Assembly: GCA_951406725.2 (NCBI GenBank)
Contig: OX597825.1
Span: 62,558,001 to 62,622,000, forward strand
Direction: 5' to 3'
Length of the DNA stretch: 64,000 bases
From: Octopus vulgaris
Lineage: Eukaryota
The translations under genes and the position numbers were made by a program. The notes under the pieces are model-generated. The model was given only the letters and a program-made list of their open reading frames with translations, had not been told where the DNA came from and ran no database searches. This document shows, piece by piece, positions 1 to 12,930 of the stretch (position 1 is its first letter; every line of letters starts with the position of its first letter).

Positions 1-19
1 GCATCAAAGCAAATGAATA

Positions 20-200
20 AATTCTGTTTATTAAATACAATGAATGGATTAGAGACATCAAAGAGAGCAGAGACACTGGGGAACATAAAGGTGAGAGAAA
101 AGAAGAGGCCGACTAACTAAAATGGACATGTATAGAAACTGGGCTAAACAAGTGGTCAAGATTAATCTATAAGGGTCAGCTGTCTTGTTATAAGAAGCTG
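20..200 (+). mobile_element. Possible decayed RTE-clade LINE C-terminal fragment
   Basis: Frameshifted peptides (KRAETLGNIK, RRGRL, W..CI) resemble the RTE C-terminal 'LG.I.G.R.RGR..RW.D' motif; highly degenerate. Confidence 0.3.
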
Positions 201-414
201 AGTAGCAGATTAGGGAGCAATATTCACAAATACAGTTTATGAATTTAGGGAATGTTCTGACAACATTGATTAAGTAAAATATAATACAAAAGTATATTCC
301 ATATATTGTTGCCTTATTCCTGTTGAAATAAAGAAATTTTGTTTCAATTCGCATTTAAATTAAAACAAATTAAAAACAGAAATCATCAAAATAACTTCTT
401 CATTAGTGAGTTTG

Positions 415-593
415 TGAGGTAGCAGAACCGTTAGCACACCACACACTTTATGGTATTTCTTCTAACTTTAGGTTTGGAGTTCAAATACCACCAAAGTCAA
501 CTTTGTTTTCATTATTTTGGGTTCAATAAAATAAGAACCAGTTGAGTGCTGGAGTCAATGGAATCAACTAGTTGCTGTCAGGAAAATTTCAGT
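415..593 (+). mobile_element. Degenerate SINE family B copy
   Basis: gcagaaccgttagcac...gagttcaaatacc...aagtcaactttg...aaataagaaccagttgag matches other B copies. Confidence 0.7.
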
Positions 594-975
594 CCTTTAC
601 TCTTTTACTTTTTTCAGTCATCTGACTGTGGCCATGCTGGAGCACCGCCTTTTAGTCGAGCACATCGACCCCAGGACTTATTCTTTGTAAGCCTAGTACT
701 TATTCTATCAGACTCTTTTGTTGAACTGCTAAGTTACGGTGACGTAAACACATCAGCATCAGTTTTCAAGTGATGTTGGGGGGGGGACAAACACAGACAC
801 ACAAACATATATATATATATATATACGACGATCTTCTTTCAGTTTCCATCAACCAAATCCACTCACAAGGCTTTGGTCGGCCCGAGGCTATAGCAGAAGA
901 CACTTGCCCAATGTGCCACGCAGTGGGACTGAACCTGGAACCATGTGGTTGGTAAGCAAGCTACTTACCACACAG
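594..975 (-). mobile_element. tRNA-derived CORE-like SINE (family A)
   Basis: Minus strand: head tgtgtggtaag...ggttcagtccc (A/B boxes), ttgggcaagtgtcttct core-like segment, internal (TA)n, (GTAAAAGA)n tail. Confidence 0.9.
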
Positions 976-1401
976 TAAGTAGCATATGCCTATATCAGAA
1001 AGGATTATTAGTTAAGTGGGTGTTTGAAACAAATTACCTCAAAATTCAAAGGAATATTTTAATCTAGATCCCTTTAAACAGATAGTTTGAGTCAGAACAA
1101 AGAGACAGTCCCAAGCATATCAATATCAAATAGGTTAAGAGTGTATTGAATGGTTAAAAATATTAATTGATTTCCTCTACTTTGGTACTACTTTTCTTCA
1201 CACTTTGGGAAAGAATATTTCAGTATATGAACCACTTACAAATTTAGAACAAGTAGCATGCTTACTTAATATATATAGCTTCCTTATTACAATAAATTTG
1301 ATCGTACTTTCTGCAATGTGTACATACCAAACACAGATATTATTTCTGTTCTATAAATGATATCTTGTATAAATAGTGAAGCAGTATATGCAGACATCTG
1401 C

Positions 1402-1690
<289 letters not shown>

Positions 1691-2262
1691 TTGCACAAAA
1701 TTTTTAATTAAGAACTATATAACTTGTGCGTCTTCATGGCATCTTCAATATGTGTGAAAGTAATATACATTGGTTCACTTTCTTTTGTAAGGTAAATACA
1801 ATATATGGAGAGAATATCAATGCAAATCTCTGTTTAGAGAGTTGATGTGTAAGATATTTTCAGCTTCTAGAGCAGGGTGGGTCCTTGCGAAGTTTTCTAT
1901 CGGCCTCAGACGTAATCTAGAAAGCATTCAGATTTAAGGTATTTGTGAGCCACAGAGTAGCTTATAGGCTTTCACATAGTTTTTTATGTCGTGGTTATTT
2001 TATAATATATGCATTCAATTATTTTCCCTCTGTTATGATTTTCAGTTAATAACACATGGGTATTTTGCATATGAATATTGTGCAGAATATGTAAAGAAAG
2101 TGATATATATTTTGAAATATTTGAAGTTAATGATGGACTTTATCTAAGCCCTGCATAAGCTAGAAGAATATATTAGAATTCTTTTACTGTTTAATGCTTT
2201 TCCTAATGCTAACCTTTACCCATTCCTTAAAGAATAATCTTTTATATCACACGTCTTTCAAG

Positions 2263-2330
2263 GCATGATGTCAATGGAAAATCTGTTGAAGGAGATGGAG
2301 CAACAATGCTGCTCAGAGATGACAGCTTTT
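2263..2330 (+). CDS. Candidate host-gene exon (MMSMENLLKEMEQQCCSEMTAF)
   Basis: ctttcaag acceptor, TTT|gtaggg donor (weak), ends in phase 0 matching exon 5140. Confidence 0.35.
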
Positions 2331-3710
2331 GTAGGGCAGAAATGTAAACAAATGCACAGACACCGGCAAGCATAACCACACATGCTCACACCCTCACATG
2401 CATACACAAATATAAACAAAAAATACACAGATACATTCATGCATATAAACGTAAGTATATGTACTACGAAAATTCTGAGATGACTATTCTATCTGCTTTG
2501 TGAAACAGCTAAGGAATGCCAGGATGAAGTTTGCCTAATTTTAAACTATTTTATGACAAAACAACTTCAGCAACATGTTTCTGTCTTGTAAAAAAATAAA
2601 ATGCATGTTACAAATAGCAAATGTTATTCTAATTTTTTGCGATGGCCCTTGATCTTCTTGAAACCATAATAACCAACCAAAACTTACCATGTGAGTTTGA
2701 AATTAATGTAAACATATTGAGGTTGCCATCACTAAACTCTCATATAACTCCATGTAACTGATTTAAGGGAAATGACTATGGAATATTTTCAACTTTAGAA
2801 AATTTCCTATATTTTCATTAAATATTTTTCATAAAATACCGTTTGTAAAATATTTTTCCAAGCAGTCTTTCAGAGACAGGTCATTCTCAACAAGATTAAA
2901 GAAACAGCGAACTGCTCTCATTTAAAAAGTTATTGATGAAATTGCAAGAGAGCATATGAAATCACATGCTATTAATTACTGGACAATTAATACCTTCCTA
3001 TACACAACTGCATTATTCTTACAGAACACATTAGGGGAACCTGCAGTGCATGTGTTAATGATTTTCCAGATAGATGGTGTACACAGTAATGAATTACTGA
3101 GCAGAAGTTGAAAACAAAACTAGAAGAAAACAACAATCCATGCCATTATACCGGATGGTTAACTTCAATAATAAAATTTCAGTGAAATAATGTATTCTCA
3201 CCTCACCAATTACATCCTATGAAAAATATAACTAAATTATATGGCAGCCCTTCACAGCAAAATCTTGAGGGAAAATTAATCACATCAAAGCACAAACTCC
3301 TGACACTGAGGGAAAACTTTGTTACTATTAGAAAAAAAAATATTTGATGGAATTTGGCTAAATCACAAGTTTGCTTCCAAGCCACAAGCATTATACTGGG
3401 AGATAAGGAAAACAAATATTACCAGTAAGAAGCTGTTTCTCAGGAAGATTTCAGATCATTCTGGTCTAAGATTTGAAATGAAAGGAGTGATTTCAATCTG
3501 AATGCATTTTGGCCAAATACAGTTATGAAAGAATGTAGTACAACATCAAAAGTAAAATAAATACAATTCTGCATGAAAATTTCACTATAGTTGTTAGTAA
3601 GCTACATAAAGGGAAGACTTGACAGTTGGATACTAGTAAAAGAGGCTGATCTTCTAAAGAATGCTTTTAATATATGTGTATGTGTACGTATGTATGTATA
3701 TATGTGTATA

Positions 3711-3930
3711 TATAAAATATGAAATATAAATTAGAGACAAAATCCACTATTATGCAACCCAAACAGTGATAGACATAAAACAAAACATAAATAACATAAT
3801 TTATTGCATAATAGTGGTTTTATCTCTAATTCATATTTTATATATTTATACTGTGAAATTTGATTTAATACTAAATTGAATTTTTCCCGGTAAGTTTGGA
3901 GTTATACTCCCTGATAATATTATTATTATT
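3711..3930. mobile_element. Fold-back element in (TA)/(TG) microsatellite
   Basis: Inverted arms aattagagacaaaatccactattatgcaa / ttgcataatagtggttttatctctaatt, plus a one-sided extension. Confidence 0.6.
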
Positions 3931-4309
3931 ATGTGTGTGTATATATATATATATATGCTCTTAAGAACTGACTTACCAAATTGTCTTGCTTTAACTTGGA
4001 TGATTCATGTAACCAAGAACAAAACTGAGTTGGTAGAAAACTATATGCTCATTGGTTGCCTAAACATTATATGAAATTTTATAAAATCTGTCACAAACAA
4101 TTCTTCCAGGATCATTGCAAGTTCAATAACAAAGAGAGTAATGAGCAGGCAAGTGAAAAGAAAGGAATGTGAGGATGAGCACTTGGTTGTGTTAATAAAG
4201 GTCTAATTGACAATATGGAAGAGCAGGAGCTTTCAGAAAGAAAAACATCAAACAGCTGACACACACATTACAAATACAATCATTAAGTGGGGCATACAAA
4301 AATATGCAG

Positions 4310-4751
4310 GACTTTGGCTGTGTGGTAAGTAGCTTGATTACGAACCACATGGTTCCGGGTTCAGTCCCACTGTGTGGCACCTTGGGCAAGTGTCTTCTGT
4401 TATAGTCTCAGGCCGATCAAAGCCTTGTGAGTGGATTTGGTAGATGGAAACTGAAAGAAGCCTGTTGTATATATGTATATATATGTTTAGCCCCTTGTGG
4501 GCAATAAAGAAAAATATATATGTATATATATATGTATGTGTGTGTATATGTTTGTGTGTCTGTTTGTCCCCACCAACATTGCTTGGCAACCGATGGTGGT
4601 GTGTTTATGTCCCAGTAAATTAGTGGTTCGACAAAAGAGGCCGATAGAATAAGTACTAGACTTACAAAGAATAAGTCCTGGGGTCGATGTGCTCGACTAA
4701 AGGCAGTGCTTCAACATGGCCACAGTCAAATGACTGAAACAAGTAAAAGAG
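4310..4751 (+). mobile_element. SINE family A with a nested SINE B tail fragment (~4485-4515)
   Basis: A box tggctgtgtgg, B box ggttcagtccc, tail gaaacaagtaaaagag; tgtttagccccttgtgggcaataaagaaa inside its (TA)n. Confidence 0.9.
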
Positions 4752-5139
4752 TATGTCTTAATAATGGAGCTTTGTATCTTTGTAAGAAACCAGTTTCTTT
4801 CTTACAAGAAGAATTCCACACTATCTTTTAAGTACTTTGTTCCTATAATAGAAAAACTTGCCCAAGGTGCTGTGCAGTGGAACTGAACCCAAAACCAGGT
4901 ACTTGGGAAGCAAACTTTATAACTTCCTACCCATATATTCACTATTTAACACTATTTTTGGAAGGTGGAGGTTAATGACTTCTGGGATAAATATATAGTT
5001 TGGCACTGTAATAGCAAGTCCAAAGTGATGAAAACTTCACTTTTATTTCCATTGAACCAAACTTATAACAAAATAATAAAAGATTTTAATACACTCTAAT
5101 AAAGATTTATAGATGAGATATGATGATATATTTTCACAG

Positions 5140-5252
5140 AAAAGTACTGTAGAAAATTATATTGATTTTTCTGATAGGTTAATATATTATCTAGCAATTT
5201 ATATGCATGACTGCAAGCTGTCTTTCAAAGAAATTTCCAAAGATTATGAAAG
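5140..5252 (+). CDS. Candidate host-gene exon (KSTVENYIDFSDRLIYYLAIYMHDCKLSFKEISKDYE-R)
   Basis: ttttcacag acceptor, AG|gtaatg donor, only phase-0 frame open, ends in phase 2 matching exon 10726. Confidence 0.65.
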
Positions 5253-6128
5253 GTAATGTAAATATATATGATTTCAGAAATTATTTTCATTTTACAAATA
5301 TTATAGAATTCCCTGTGTCAATTTTAAGAATTGTTTAGAGAGTTTAGGTGCAGACTAAAATTAAATCAGAAAATACATCTATCAATATACATTACAATCA
5401 AAAATAGACTTCAAGACTCTCCACATAAATTTAGTCTATTTCTATGGCTGCATTATGTAATACTGTGTGAAACAAAGCACCCAGTTTTCTGTTGTGATAC
5501 CTTATGCAGCAAAATAGAAAGATGTTGTGTAAAATGTCTCAACATTTTTATTATGAATTAGAAAACTAAGTAATTTATTTTACACAATATAGATTCTTGG
5601 GCCAGTGTCTTATGTTATACCTCCAGGCTAACCAAAGGTTGTGGGTGAATTTGGTAAAATGAAACGGAAAGAAGCCTGTTGCATAAGTCTGTCTTCCTAT
5701 TTGGAAATATATGTAGTACAGATTTACCTTCTCGATTTCTTACACTTAGCAATTTATTATTGCATAATTAGCAATCTTTGTTGCTAAACAGTGTGCTGAA
5801 TAGATGCAGTGAATCTTATCAAAATTTCCATCAAATTCGTTATAAGATGAAGTGTGTAAAGAAACTTTGTTGATCAAATATCATCCACTTTATGTCATCC
5901 ATACAAGCTAAGTACATGCTTTATGTTAACTATTTGCCAATACAAAGATCTTTTCCAATTGTACTGCTCTGTTATTATATATACCGGCACCAAAATGAGA
6001 GAGTCAATACGCATTTTATGTTATTTTTGTGAAAAATCCTAAACAATTTTATTGTGATTTGTTCATCGATAAAAAAAACATATCTGAAACAGCTGTAGGG
6101 AACTCCAACCCATATATATATATATATA

Positions 6129-6335
6129 TGACGGGAAGCTTTATGAAAATAAACAAAAGACGAAGGCAGGTGGAGTACAAACAAACAATTGTATTAGTAT
6201 GGCGCTCAGGAATATAAATAAGACAAGTCTTTTACGTTTCGAGCCTACACTCTTCAACAGAAAGATACACAGAAAAGAAACACGGAGAGAAACAAGGAGA
6301 GAAAAAAATTCGTGCAGAAGCTAGCGATTCAACAG
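6129..6335 (-). mobile_element. Penelope-like pLTR fragment with hammerhead motif, between (TA)n tracts
   Basis: Flanked by (TA)n; contains the minus-strand hammerhead motif at 6228-6265. Confidence 0.6.
6228..6265 (-). ncRNA. Minimal type I hammerhead-like motif (core variant CUGUUGA)
   Basis: Minus strand: tcttt-CTGTTGA-a-gag(tgtagg)ctc-GAAAC-GTA-aaaga; stem I tcttt/aaaga, stem II gag/ctc; A6 replaced by U. Confidence 0.6.
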
Positions 6336-6419
6336 ATATATATATACATATATACACACAGACATGATAGAAGTAAATAGTCATCCCATAAAACCTCGTT
6401 TTATGTTTATTCTAACTTC

Positions 6420-6966
6420 AGATTTGCTGTATTTCCTGACAGTGGTTGAGCATGGGTCTGGAGACTCTGTGATAAAAAATTTGATGTGTAAAGATTGCAG
6501 CCAACAATGAAACATGGAAGCTATTCTGTGATGGTCTGGGGAACAATTTAGAACAATGATTGCTCAGAGCTTGTGGAGTGCGAGGGAAACATAAACTCAG
6601 ATAAATATGTGTCCATATTACAGAAAGGACACCTTCCAATCTTCTTCGATGGTGAAATGATTAAAGAAGCTGAGGTTCTTTGTCAAATGGCTATAATTAC
6701 CGAAGATTTATTGGATGAGAATGGCATTAAAACGCTTTCATGGCCAAGCCAGTCACCAGATATGAACCCTATTGAACACCTCTGGAGCATAATGGACAGG
6801 ACACTTCATAAAAAGAACAAGAGAGCATCTTCAAAGCCAGATCTTTGAAGATTACTGCATGAAACTTGGTAAGAAATTCCTCAAGAGAATATTCATCATC
6901 TGATCAGTAACATGCCTAATAGTATCCTTGCATTGAAAAATGGAAAGGCCATGTCTTCTAAATATA
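6420..6966 (+). pseudogene. Tc1-family DDE transposase relic
   Basis: PTMKHGSYSVMVWG...EGNINSDKYVSIL...WPSQSPDMNPIEHLW...ETW*EIP...LISNMP; in-frame stops, second-D region apparently deleted. Confidence 0.9.
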
Positions 6967-7072
6967 AAATATTCACATTATAACAATTAATAAATAATTT
7001 GAATGCATAATCTCAGCAACCTGTTTTCATTTAAAAGATTAATAACAAGATATGGTATGGCTATAAAACAAT

Positions 7073-7305
7073 ACCTATTTCTTTACTACCCACAAGGGGC
7101 TAAACACAGAGGGGACAAACAAGGACAGACACATGGATTAAGTCGATTACATCGACCCCAGTGCATAACTGGTGCATATTTAATCGACCCCGAAAGGATG
7201 AAAGGCAAAGTCAACCTCGGTGGAATTTGAAGTCAGAACGTAACGGCAGACGAAATACAGCTACGCATTTCGCCCGGTGTGCTAACGTTTCTGCCAGCTC
7301 GCCGC
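7073..7305 (-). mobile_element. SINE family B monomer
   Basis: Full unit; 16-bp TSD ctataaaacaatacct at 7061-7076 and 7306-7321. Confidence 0.92.
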
Positions 7306-7627
7306 CTATAAAACAATACCTCGATAATATACTTGTCTAACCCATGTTAATATGAATAAACAGATGTAAAATGATAAAAAAGAAAAACAAAATATGCACT
7401 CCCATTTCATTTGAGTGAAGATATCAAACCAACAAGTTAGTTTCAATGTAGTCAATAGAGCTGCAGAAATAGCAATCAAATTCTCTTCAACTTGTATCCT
7501 CTCATGTCAAAAGAAAGGAAGAACATTGGATAGTATAGTCATTATTGAAAGATAGCAGTAAATGCTCTTCAGACTATTTGTGTATGTGGTTTCATAACTT
7601 AATATATTTCTTTCACTTAATATATTT

Positions 7628-7830
7628 CATCGTCGTCGTCGTCGTAATCATCATTACCATCATCATTTAAAATCGTTGTTCTATGCTGTCATTTGTCAGA
7701 TCATTTGACTGGACCTAACAGATTCAACAACTGCATCATGCTCCACTCTCTATTTTGGCATGGTGTCTGTAGCCAGTTGCTGTTCCTGACATCAACCATT
7801 TTACAGTATGTACCGAGTGCTTTTTGCATG
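7628..7830 (-). mobile_element. Degenerate SINE family D, (GAT)n tail
   Basis: (CAT)n-ttaaa...catgct...tttggcatgg similar to the 12541 copy. Confidence 0.55.
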
Positions 7831-8214
7831 CCAGCAACACCAGTGAGTTTGCCATACAGCATGCCAGACTATGAAACCAAAGAGAGGCAACTTCATTCCA
7901 GGAAATAAGAGGTTAAAATATGAAAGAAGGGGTTAGAGTGGAACAGGTTTCTTGCTATAGAAAGCCTACATGACTACACACATTTTATAAGAGAAAGTGA
8001 AGTTTTACTGAGGTGGAGCAGATGTCTGCTTGAACCCTCGATGTACACAGTGAACAGAAGTGAATGAAGGTAGAATAACCAAGTGTGTGGACAATGCAAG
8101 AGTGAAGGGAGGAGTGAGAGAAACAAGCATGGTACATGATGCTTAGCCTTCCCCTAATCAATTGCTGGTCTACCTGTGTTGCAGGATTTATTTGCATTAC
8201 GTGTTCCATGTCCA

Positions 8215-8420
8215 GGTGGCAAACTGGCAGAATCATTAGCATGCTGGGCAAAATGCTTAGTGGCATTTCATCTGTCTTTATGTCCTAAGTTCAAACTCTG
8301 CTTTGTCTTTCATCCTTTCAAGTTTGATAAAATGAGTACCAGTTGAGCACTGGGGTCGATTTAATCAGCTTAGCCCTTCCACTGAACTTGCTGGCCTTGT
8401 GCCAAAAATTTGAAATCGAT
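8215..8420 (+). mobile_element. SINE family B, alternative tail (B2)
   Basis: ctggcagaatcattagcatg...gagtaccagttgagcactggggtcgat...gctggccttgtgccaaaa. Confidence 0.8.
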
Positions 8421-9149
8421 ATTTGTTACATGTGATTTAGTGTGGAGAATGCTATGCATTATTTACTGTCAATGATCACTTTATAAAGTGTTATACTTGG
8501 TAAATTGCCATGATGGTCAATTCCTGATTGAATTTCTTTGAAACCAAATTAGTAATAACAGGAGCTCTCCAAAAAGACATCTGACCTCAAGGTAGAACAT
8601 ATTCAACAAAACCAGTTAACATAGACAAAGTATATACCCCCCCGCCCAATTTCAAGTATAAACATTTATATATAAATCATAATGTAAACCACAGCCAACA
8701 TGTATATTGTAGTGGTCTAGGTAGCTAAATTGTTGAATTATCTCCCTTGCAAGAAAGATTATAGAGTAACCTCCCTTCTCTTAGTTTCTTGAAGCATCTG
8801 TGTCATGGGAACTGATTCTTAATTATTCAAGAAGCTTAGTGTTTCTCTTGAATAATCACCACTTAGCTGTTATTTCTACATTTTCTATCTCTGAACTTTC
8901 TTGCATAGATTACTTCATTCAACTAGATTCTACATTTTGATTCTATGTATCATCATCGACCAGTAAATAAAATATATTTTTATGTAGTAAATATATAGGT
9001 CTTGAATTTATTCTTTATCGCTTTATGAACTATTGTAAAAACATATACACAGCCACATAAATACCTTGCACTGACTATATATTTCCACTACAATATAAAT
9101 AATTAAAATAAAAAAAAGAAGTTCCATCTCCATGGTGACCATTTCTTAT

Positions 9150-9387
9150 TTAACCCTTTAGTGTTTAAATTATTCTGTTAAATGTAATACTTCTTCATTC
9201 AAATTCATCATCATCAACTTGAATTAATCATGCATTATCTTATAGCTTTGAGGTTTCAATAATGTCACTATTTATTTTTAGAGTGTCAATGTAGAGTAGG
9301 TGTGAAAGGCTAGATATTGCCAGTTTGAACATAAAACATGTAGAATATTTGAGCCGGATGTGACCGGTTCAAACACTAAAGGGTTAA
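9150..9387. mobile_element. piggyBac-like TTAA MITE
   Basis: Perfect 17-bp inverted ends ttaaccctttagtgttt / aaacactaaagggttaa; decayed relative at ~32044-32260. Confidence 0.8.
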
Positions 9388-9634
9388 ACCATTTCTTATT
9401 TCAAAGGAGTTTCTACTCCCAGAGTAAAGGCATATTATGACTGAATGGTTAAGAACCTACCTTCACAACCGTAAAGTCTAGGATTTGAGTTCACCCCAAA
9501 ACTTGAGAATCCTCTGTGAGATATTTAATACACCATGTTGGAAATCTCTCAGAATGAATAGATATAACAATGACAACCCTCGACAAAATTCAGAGTGTTT
9601 CAGGGAATTTTTGTATTGTTATCTTTTTTTTTTT

Positions 9635-9853
9635 TAATCTGTTTCAGTCATTAGGCTGCGGCCATGCTGGAGCACCGCCTTGCAAAACTTTTAGTTGAAT
9701 GAATTGGCCCAGTACTTCTTTTTTTTTTTTAATCCTGTTACTTATTCTATCAGTTTCTTTTTGCTGATCTGTTAAGTTACAGGGATGTAAACAAACAAAC
9801 ATCAGTTGCCAAGTTAGGGTAGGGGACAAACAATAACACAAAGACATACAGAA

Positions 9854-9907
<54 letters not shown>

Positions 9908-10055
9908 GACAGGTTTCTTTCAGTTTCCATCTTCCAAGTCCACTCACAAGGCTTTGGTCAGCCTGAGGCTATAGTAGAAGACACGTAAGATGCCATGCAG
10001 TGGGACTGAACACAGAAACATATGGTTGGGAAGCAAGCTTTTTACTAAACACCCA
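9635..10055 (-). mobile_element. SINE family A (older variant)
   Basis: Tail, body and head homologous to other A copies. Confidence 0.85.
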
Positions 10056-10534
10056 CGTTTTTCTTTATTATAAAGTTAATAAAAAAAAAGCAATGAGCAA
10101 CACTCATATCCTTTCAACACCCTTGAATGCAGTAGAGATTTTTATAGATTTATTAATCCCTGCCAGTAACACTGCGAGCAAGATGTAGATAAGTGTGAGA
10201 GTGAACCAGTAATTAAATTGGATGCTGTCAACAGTAAGAACATAATAAAAAGCACCCAGTAACCTATGGTGTTTGATGGTAGTGATGGTTGTGGTGGTAG
10301 TAGTGATGATGTTACTGGTGAGGGTAACTTAAGTGGTTTGTAAAAGTGTTAGTTAGCACTACCACGTAAAGTTAGGCTTTTTTTTACAAACTTATTACCA
10401 ATATTGATATTCTAATAATCTCAGGGAAATCACTTACAAACAGATTACAGAATACTTTTAATCTTTTTATTCTTTTAATGTTTTTCTTAGTTCATATTTG
10501 ATCGCAAGTTTTGCTGTTCAGTATTGTAATAGTT

Positions 10535-10642
10535 CAACCACCCGTGCCAGCATGGAAGGCGGACGTTAAAAGATGACGATGATGATGATGGTGGTGGTGG
10601 TGGTGGTGGTGGTGGTGGTGATGTTGATGTTTATGGTGATGG

Positions 10643-10673
<31 letters not shown>

Positions 10674-10707
10674 GGTGATGGTGGTGGTGATGATGATGAT
10701 GATGATG
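10535..10707 (+). repeat. SINE D 3' end with expanded (GAT/GGT)n tail
   Basis: caaccacccgtgccagcatggaaggcggacgttaaa followed by a trinucleotide tract. Confidence 0.8.
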
Positions 10708-10725
10708 AGCAATATTATTTCTCAG

Positions 10726-10795
10726 GAATAAAAATGCTGTAAATTTTCTTTTGGAAGCCATGGAATGCTGTGTCAATGCAATATCAGATAACAAA
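10726..10795 (+). CDS. Candidate host-gene exon (R-NKNAVNFLLEAMECCVNAISDNK)
   Basis: atttctcag acceptor, AAA|gtaaga donor, phase 2 in and phase 0 out. Confidence 0.65.
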
Positions 10796-11835
10796 GTAAG
10801 AAATGTGTGGTTTTATATTATCAATAAAACCAATGTTTGATCATATTCATTTACAATATCTCAAAGGCAATTCTGTTGGAAATAATCACTCTCCTCACAG
10901 CCTCGGGTCTCTCTCTCTCTCTCTCTCTCTCTCATTTCCTTGACTTAATGATTTGCTATTGTTTTCATAGAATCAAAACCTCCAGAGACCTGCTTTCTTA
11001 CATCATACATCAAGAGTGCTTTAACTTATAACGATAATCATACTAAGATTACTTACTGTTTACATACTCACAAAAGCTTGAGAAGTTTGATAAAAACAAG
11101 GATACTGCTCGATTGATATAAGTAACGCTTTGAACCACGTTTAGCATGATAAACATGTCAACAAAACTGCCAACTTAGGAACTCCACTCACTTCACATAC
11201 AGTGGGTCAAAATTTTCTTTTCAGATAATTCTATTGCTAAATGTGATCTTAGGATTCTGTCAGGCAGCACCAAGAACATAACTTTTTTTCCAATCTGTGA
11301 TATAATTCAGGAATTGGCTTTTGTCTTATATTTTCCCCTTTTTCAGTACATTGATAATCTGCTTGCTGTTATCTCTCATTGTTCACACTGTTGCAGGCTT
11401 CTTTTTCCATCCAGTATAGATACAAATCCAGTGCAATATAGATAACCTAGAAAAAACAGTCACTCATTAAAAAAAATAACTGAAAACTGCTATTGATATC
11501 TTTCTATTTAACGATGGCAGAAATAAAAGGTAGTATGGCATTAATCAGGAAGTTTTTCTGAATACCATCAAGATGAACTTTGCTGAAAAATACCTAAGGA
11601 CATGGTGACAGCATGAAATTATAATGACATTGTAAGCTATTTCAAACTCTCTATCAAAGACACAGATGTTACATTATGTACAACAAAATGATTTATTGAC
11701 ATAAGAAAGAGAATCTTCTATTGTTATATTTGCCATTTAACCATACACACTTTATACTTGGTCTTCACTTCAGCTTTATTCTTCTTCTTGTTTTTGTGTA
11801 TCTTCCTTTATTTGTTATAAATATATGATTAACAC

Positions 11836-12054
11836 TCTCTTTACTCTTTTACTCTTTTACTTGTTTCAGTCACTTGACTGCGGCCATGATGGAGCACCGC
11901 CTTTTAGACAAACAAATTGACCCCAGAACTTATTCTTTGTAAGTTATCCTATCAGTCTCTTTTGCCGAACCACTAAGTAATAGGAACTTAAACACACCAG
12001 CATCAGTTGTCATGCGATGTTGGTGGGGACAAACACAGACACACAAACACACAC

Positions 12055-12086
<32 letters not shown>

Positions 12087-12253
12087 GCATATATACGATG
12101 GGCTTCTTTCAGTTTCTGTCTACCAAATCCACTCACAACTGCTTTGGTCAACCCGAGGCTATAGTAGAAGACACTTGCCCAAGTTGCCACGCAGTGAGAC
12201 TGAACCCAAGACCATATGGTTGGTAAGCAATCTACTTACCACACAGCCACTCC
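11836..12253 (-). mobile_element. SINE family A
   Basis: Full length with (CTCTTTTA)n tail. Confidence 0.9.
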
Positions 12254-12540
12254 TAAAGATTTTTAGCTTTCTATTTTAAATCTTCATTCATCACTTTACA
12301 GCTTTTTAACTAAATAGGATTTGCTATATATTTTATATACAAGGCTTTTCAATAGTGTTTGGAAGTACTCACCAAGATTGTAAGTCTTCAAACAAATATA
12401 CTGTTTCATTTAGAATAATGTAAAGTGTTTATAAACTTACAGAATGAAATGTATAGAATGAGTGATTCATTCTGAAACTTACAAACAATGATTTCAAATC
12501 CTACTGAGGCCAATTTTAATTTTCATCCTCTCAAGGTCTC

Positions 12541-12930
12541 TCATCATCATCATCATCATTATCATCATCATCATTTAACGTCCGTTGTTCATGATGGCAT
12601 GAGTTGGACTGTTTGACCAGACCTGGCAAGCAAGGGAGCTGCACCAGACTCCAATCTGATTTGGTATGGGTTCTATGACTGGTTGCCCTTCCTAATGCCA
12701 ACCACTCCAAGAGTGTAATGGGTGCTTTCATGTGCCACTGACATGAGTGCTGTTTGAGTGGCACCAATGTCTGATGCGACTATGATTTCATTTGTCTTAA
12801 TAGGTCTTCTTCTCAAACATGGTATATCGCCAAATATCTCAGTCATTTGTCATTGCTTACATGAGGCCCAATGCTCAAAAGGTGCTTTTCGCATGCCACC
12901 AGCACAGGTGCTAGTTATGTGACATTGGCT
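12541..12930 (-). mobile_element. SINE family D (RTE-like tail)
   Basis: (CAT)n-ttaacgtcc...gcccttcctaatgccaaccactc...gtgccactg. Confidence 0.8.

Noticed and set aside
1860-1900. Hammerhead-like stem gcaggg/ccttgc-gaa
   Set aside because: Both core boxes too degenerate to support
3025-3110. Exon after the ttcttacag acceptor (also 10971)
   Set aside because: No convincing donor or phase fit with the exon chain
10534-10794. Poly-His ORF on the minus strand
   Set aside because: Reverse reading of a (GAT/GGT)n SINE tail
12425-12488. Possible pre-miRNA hairpin (also 24350-24410)
   Set aside because: AT-rich imperfect stems, no recognisable conserved mature sequence, expected by chance
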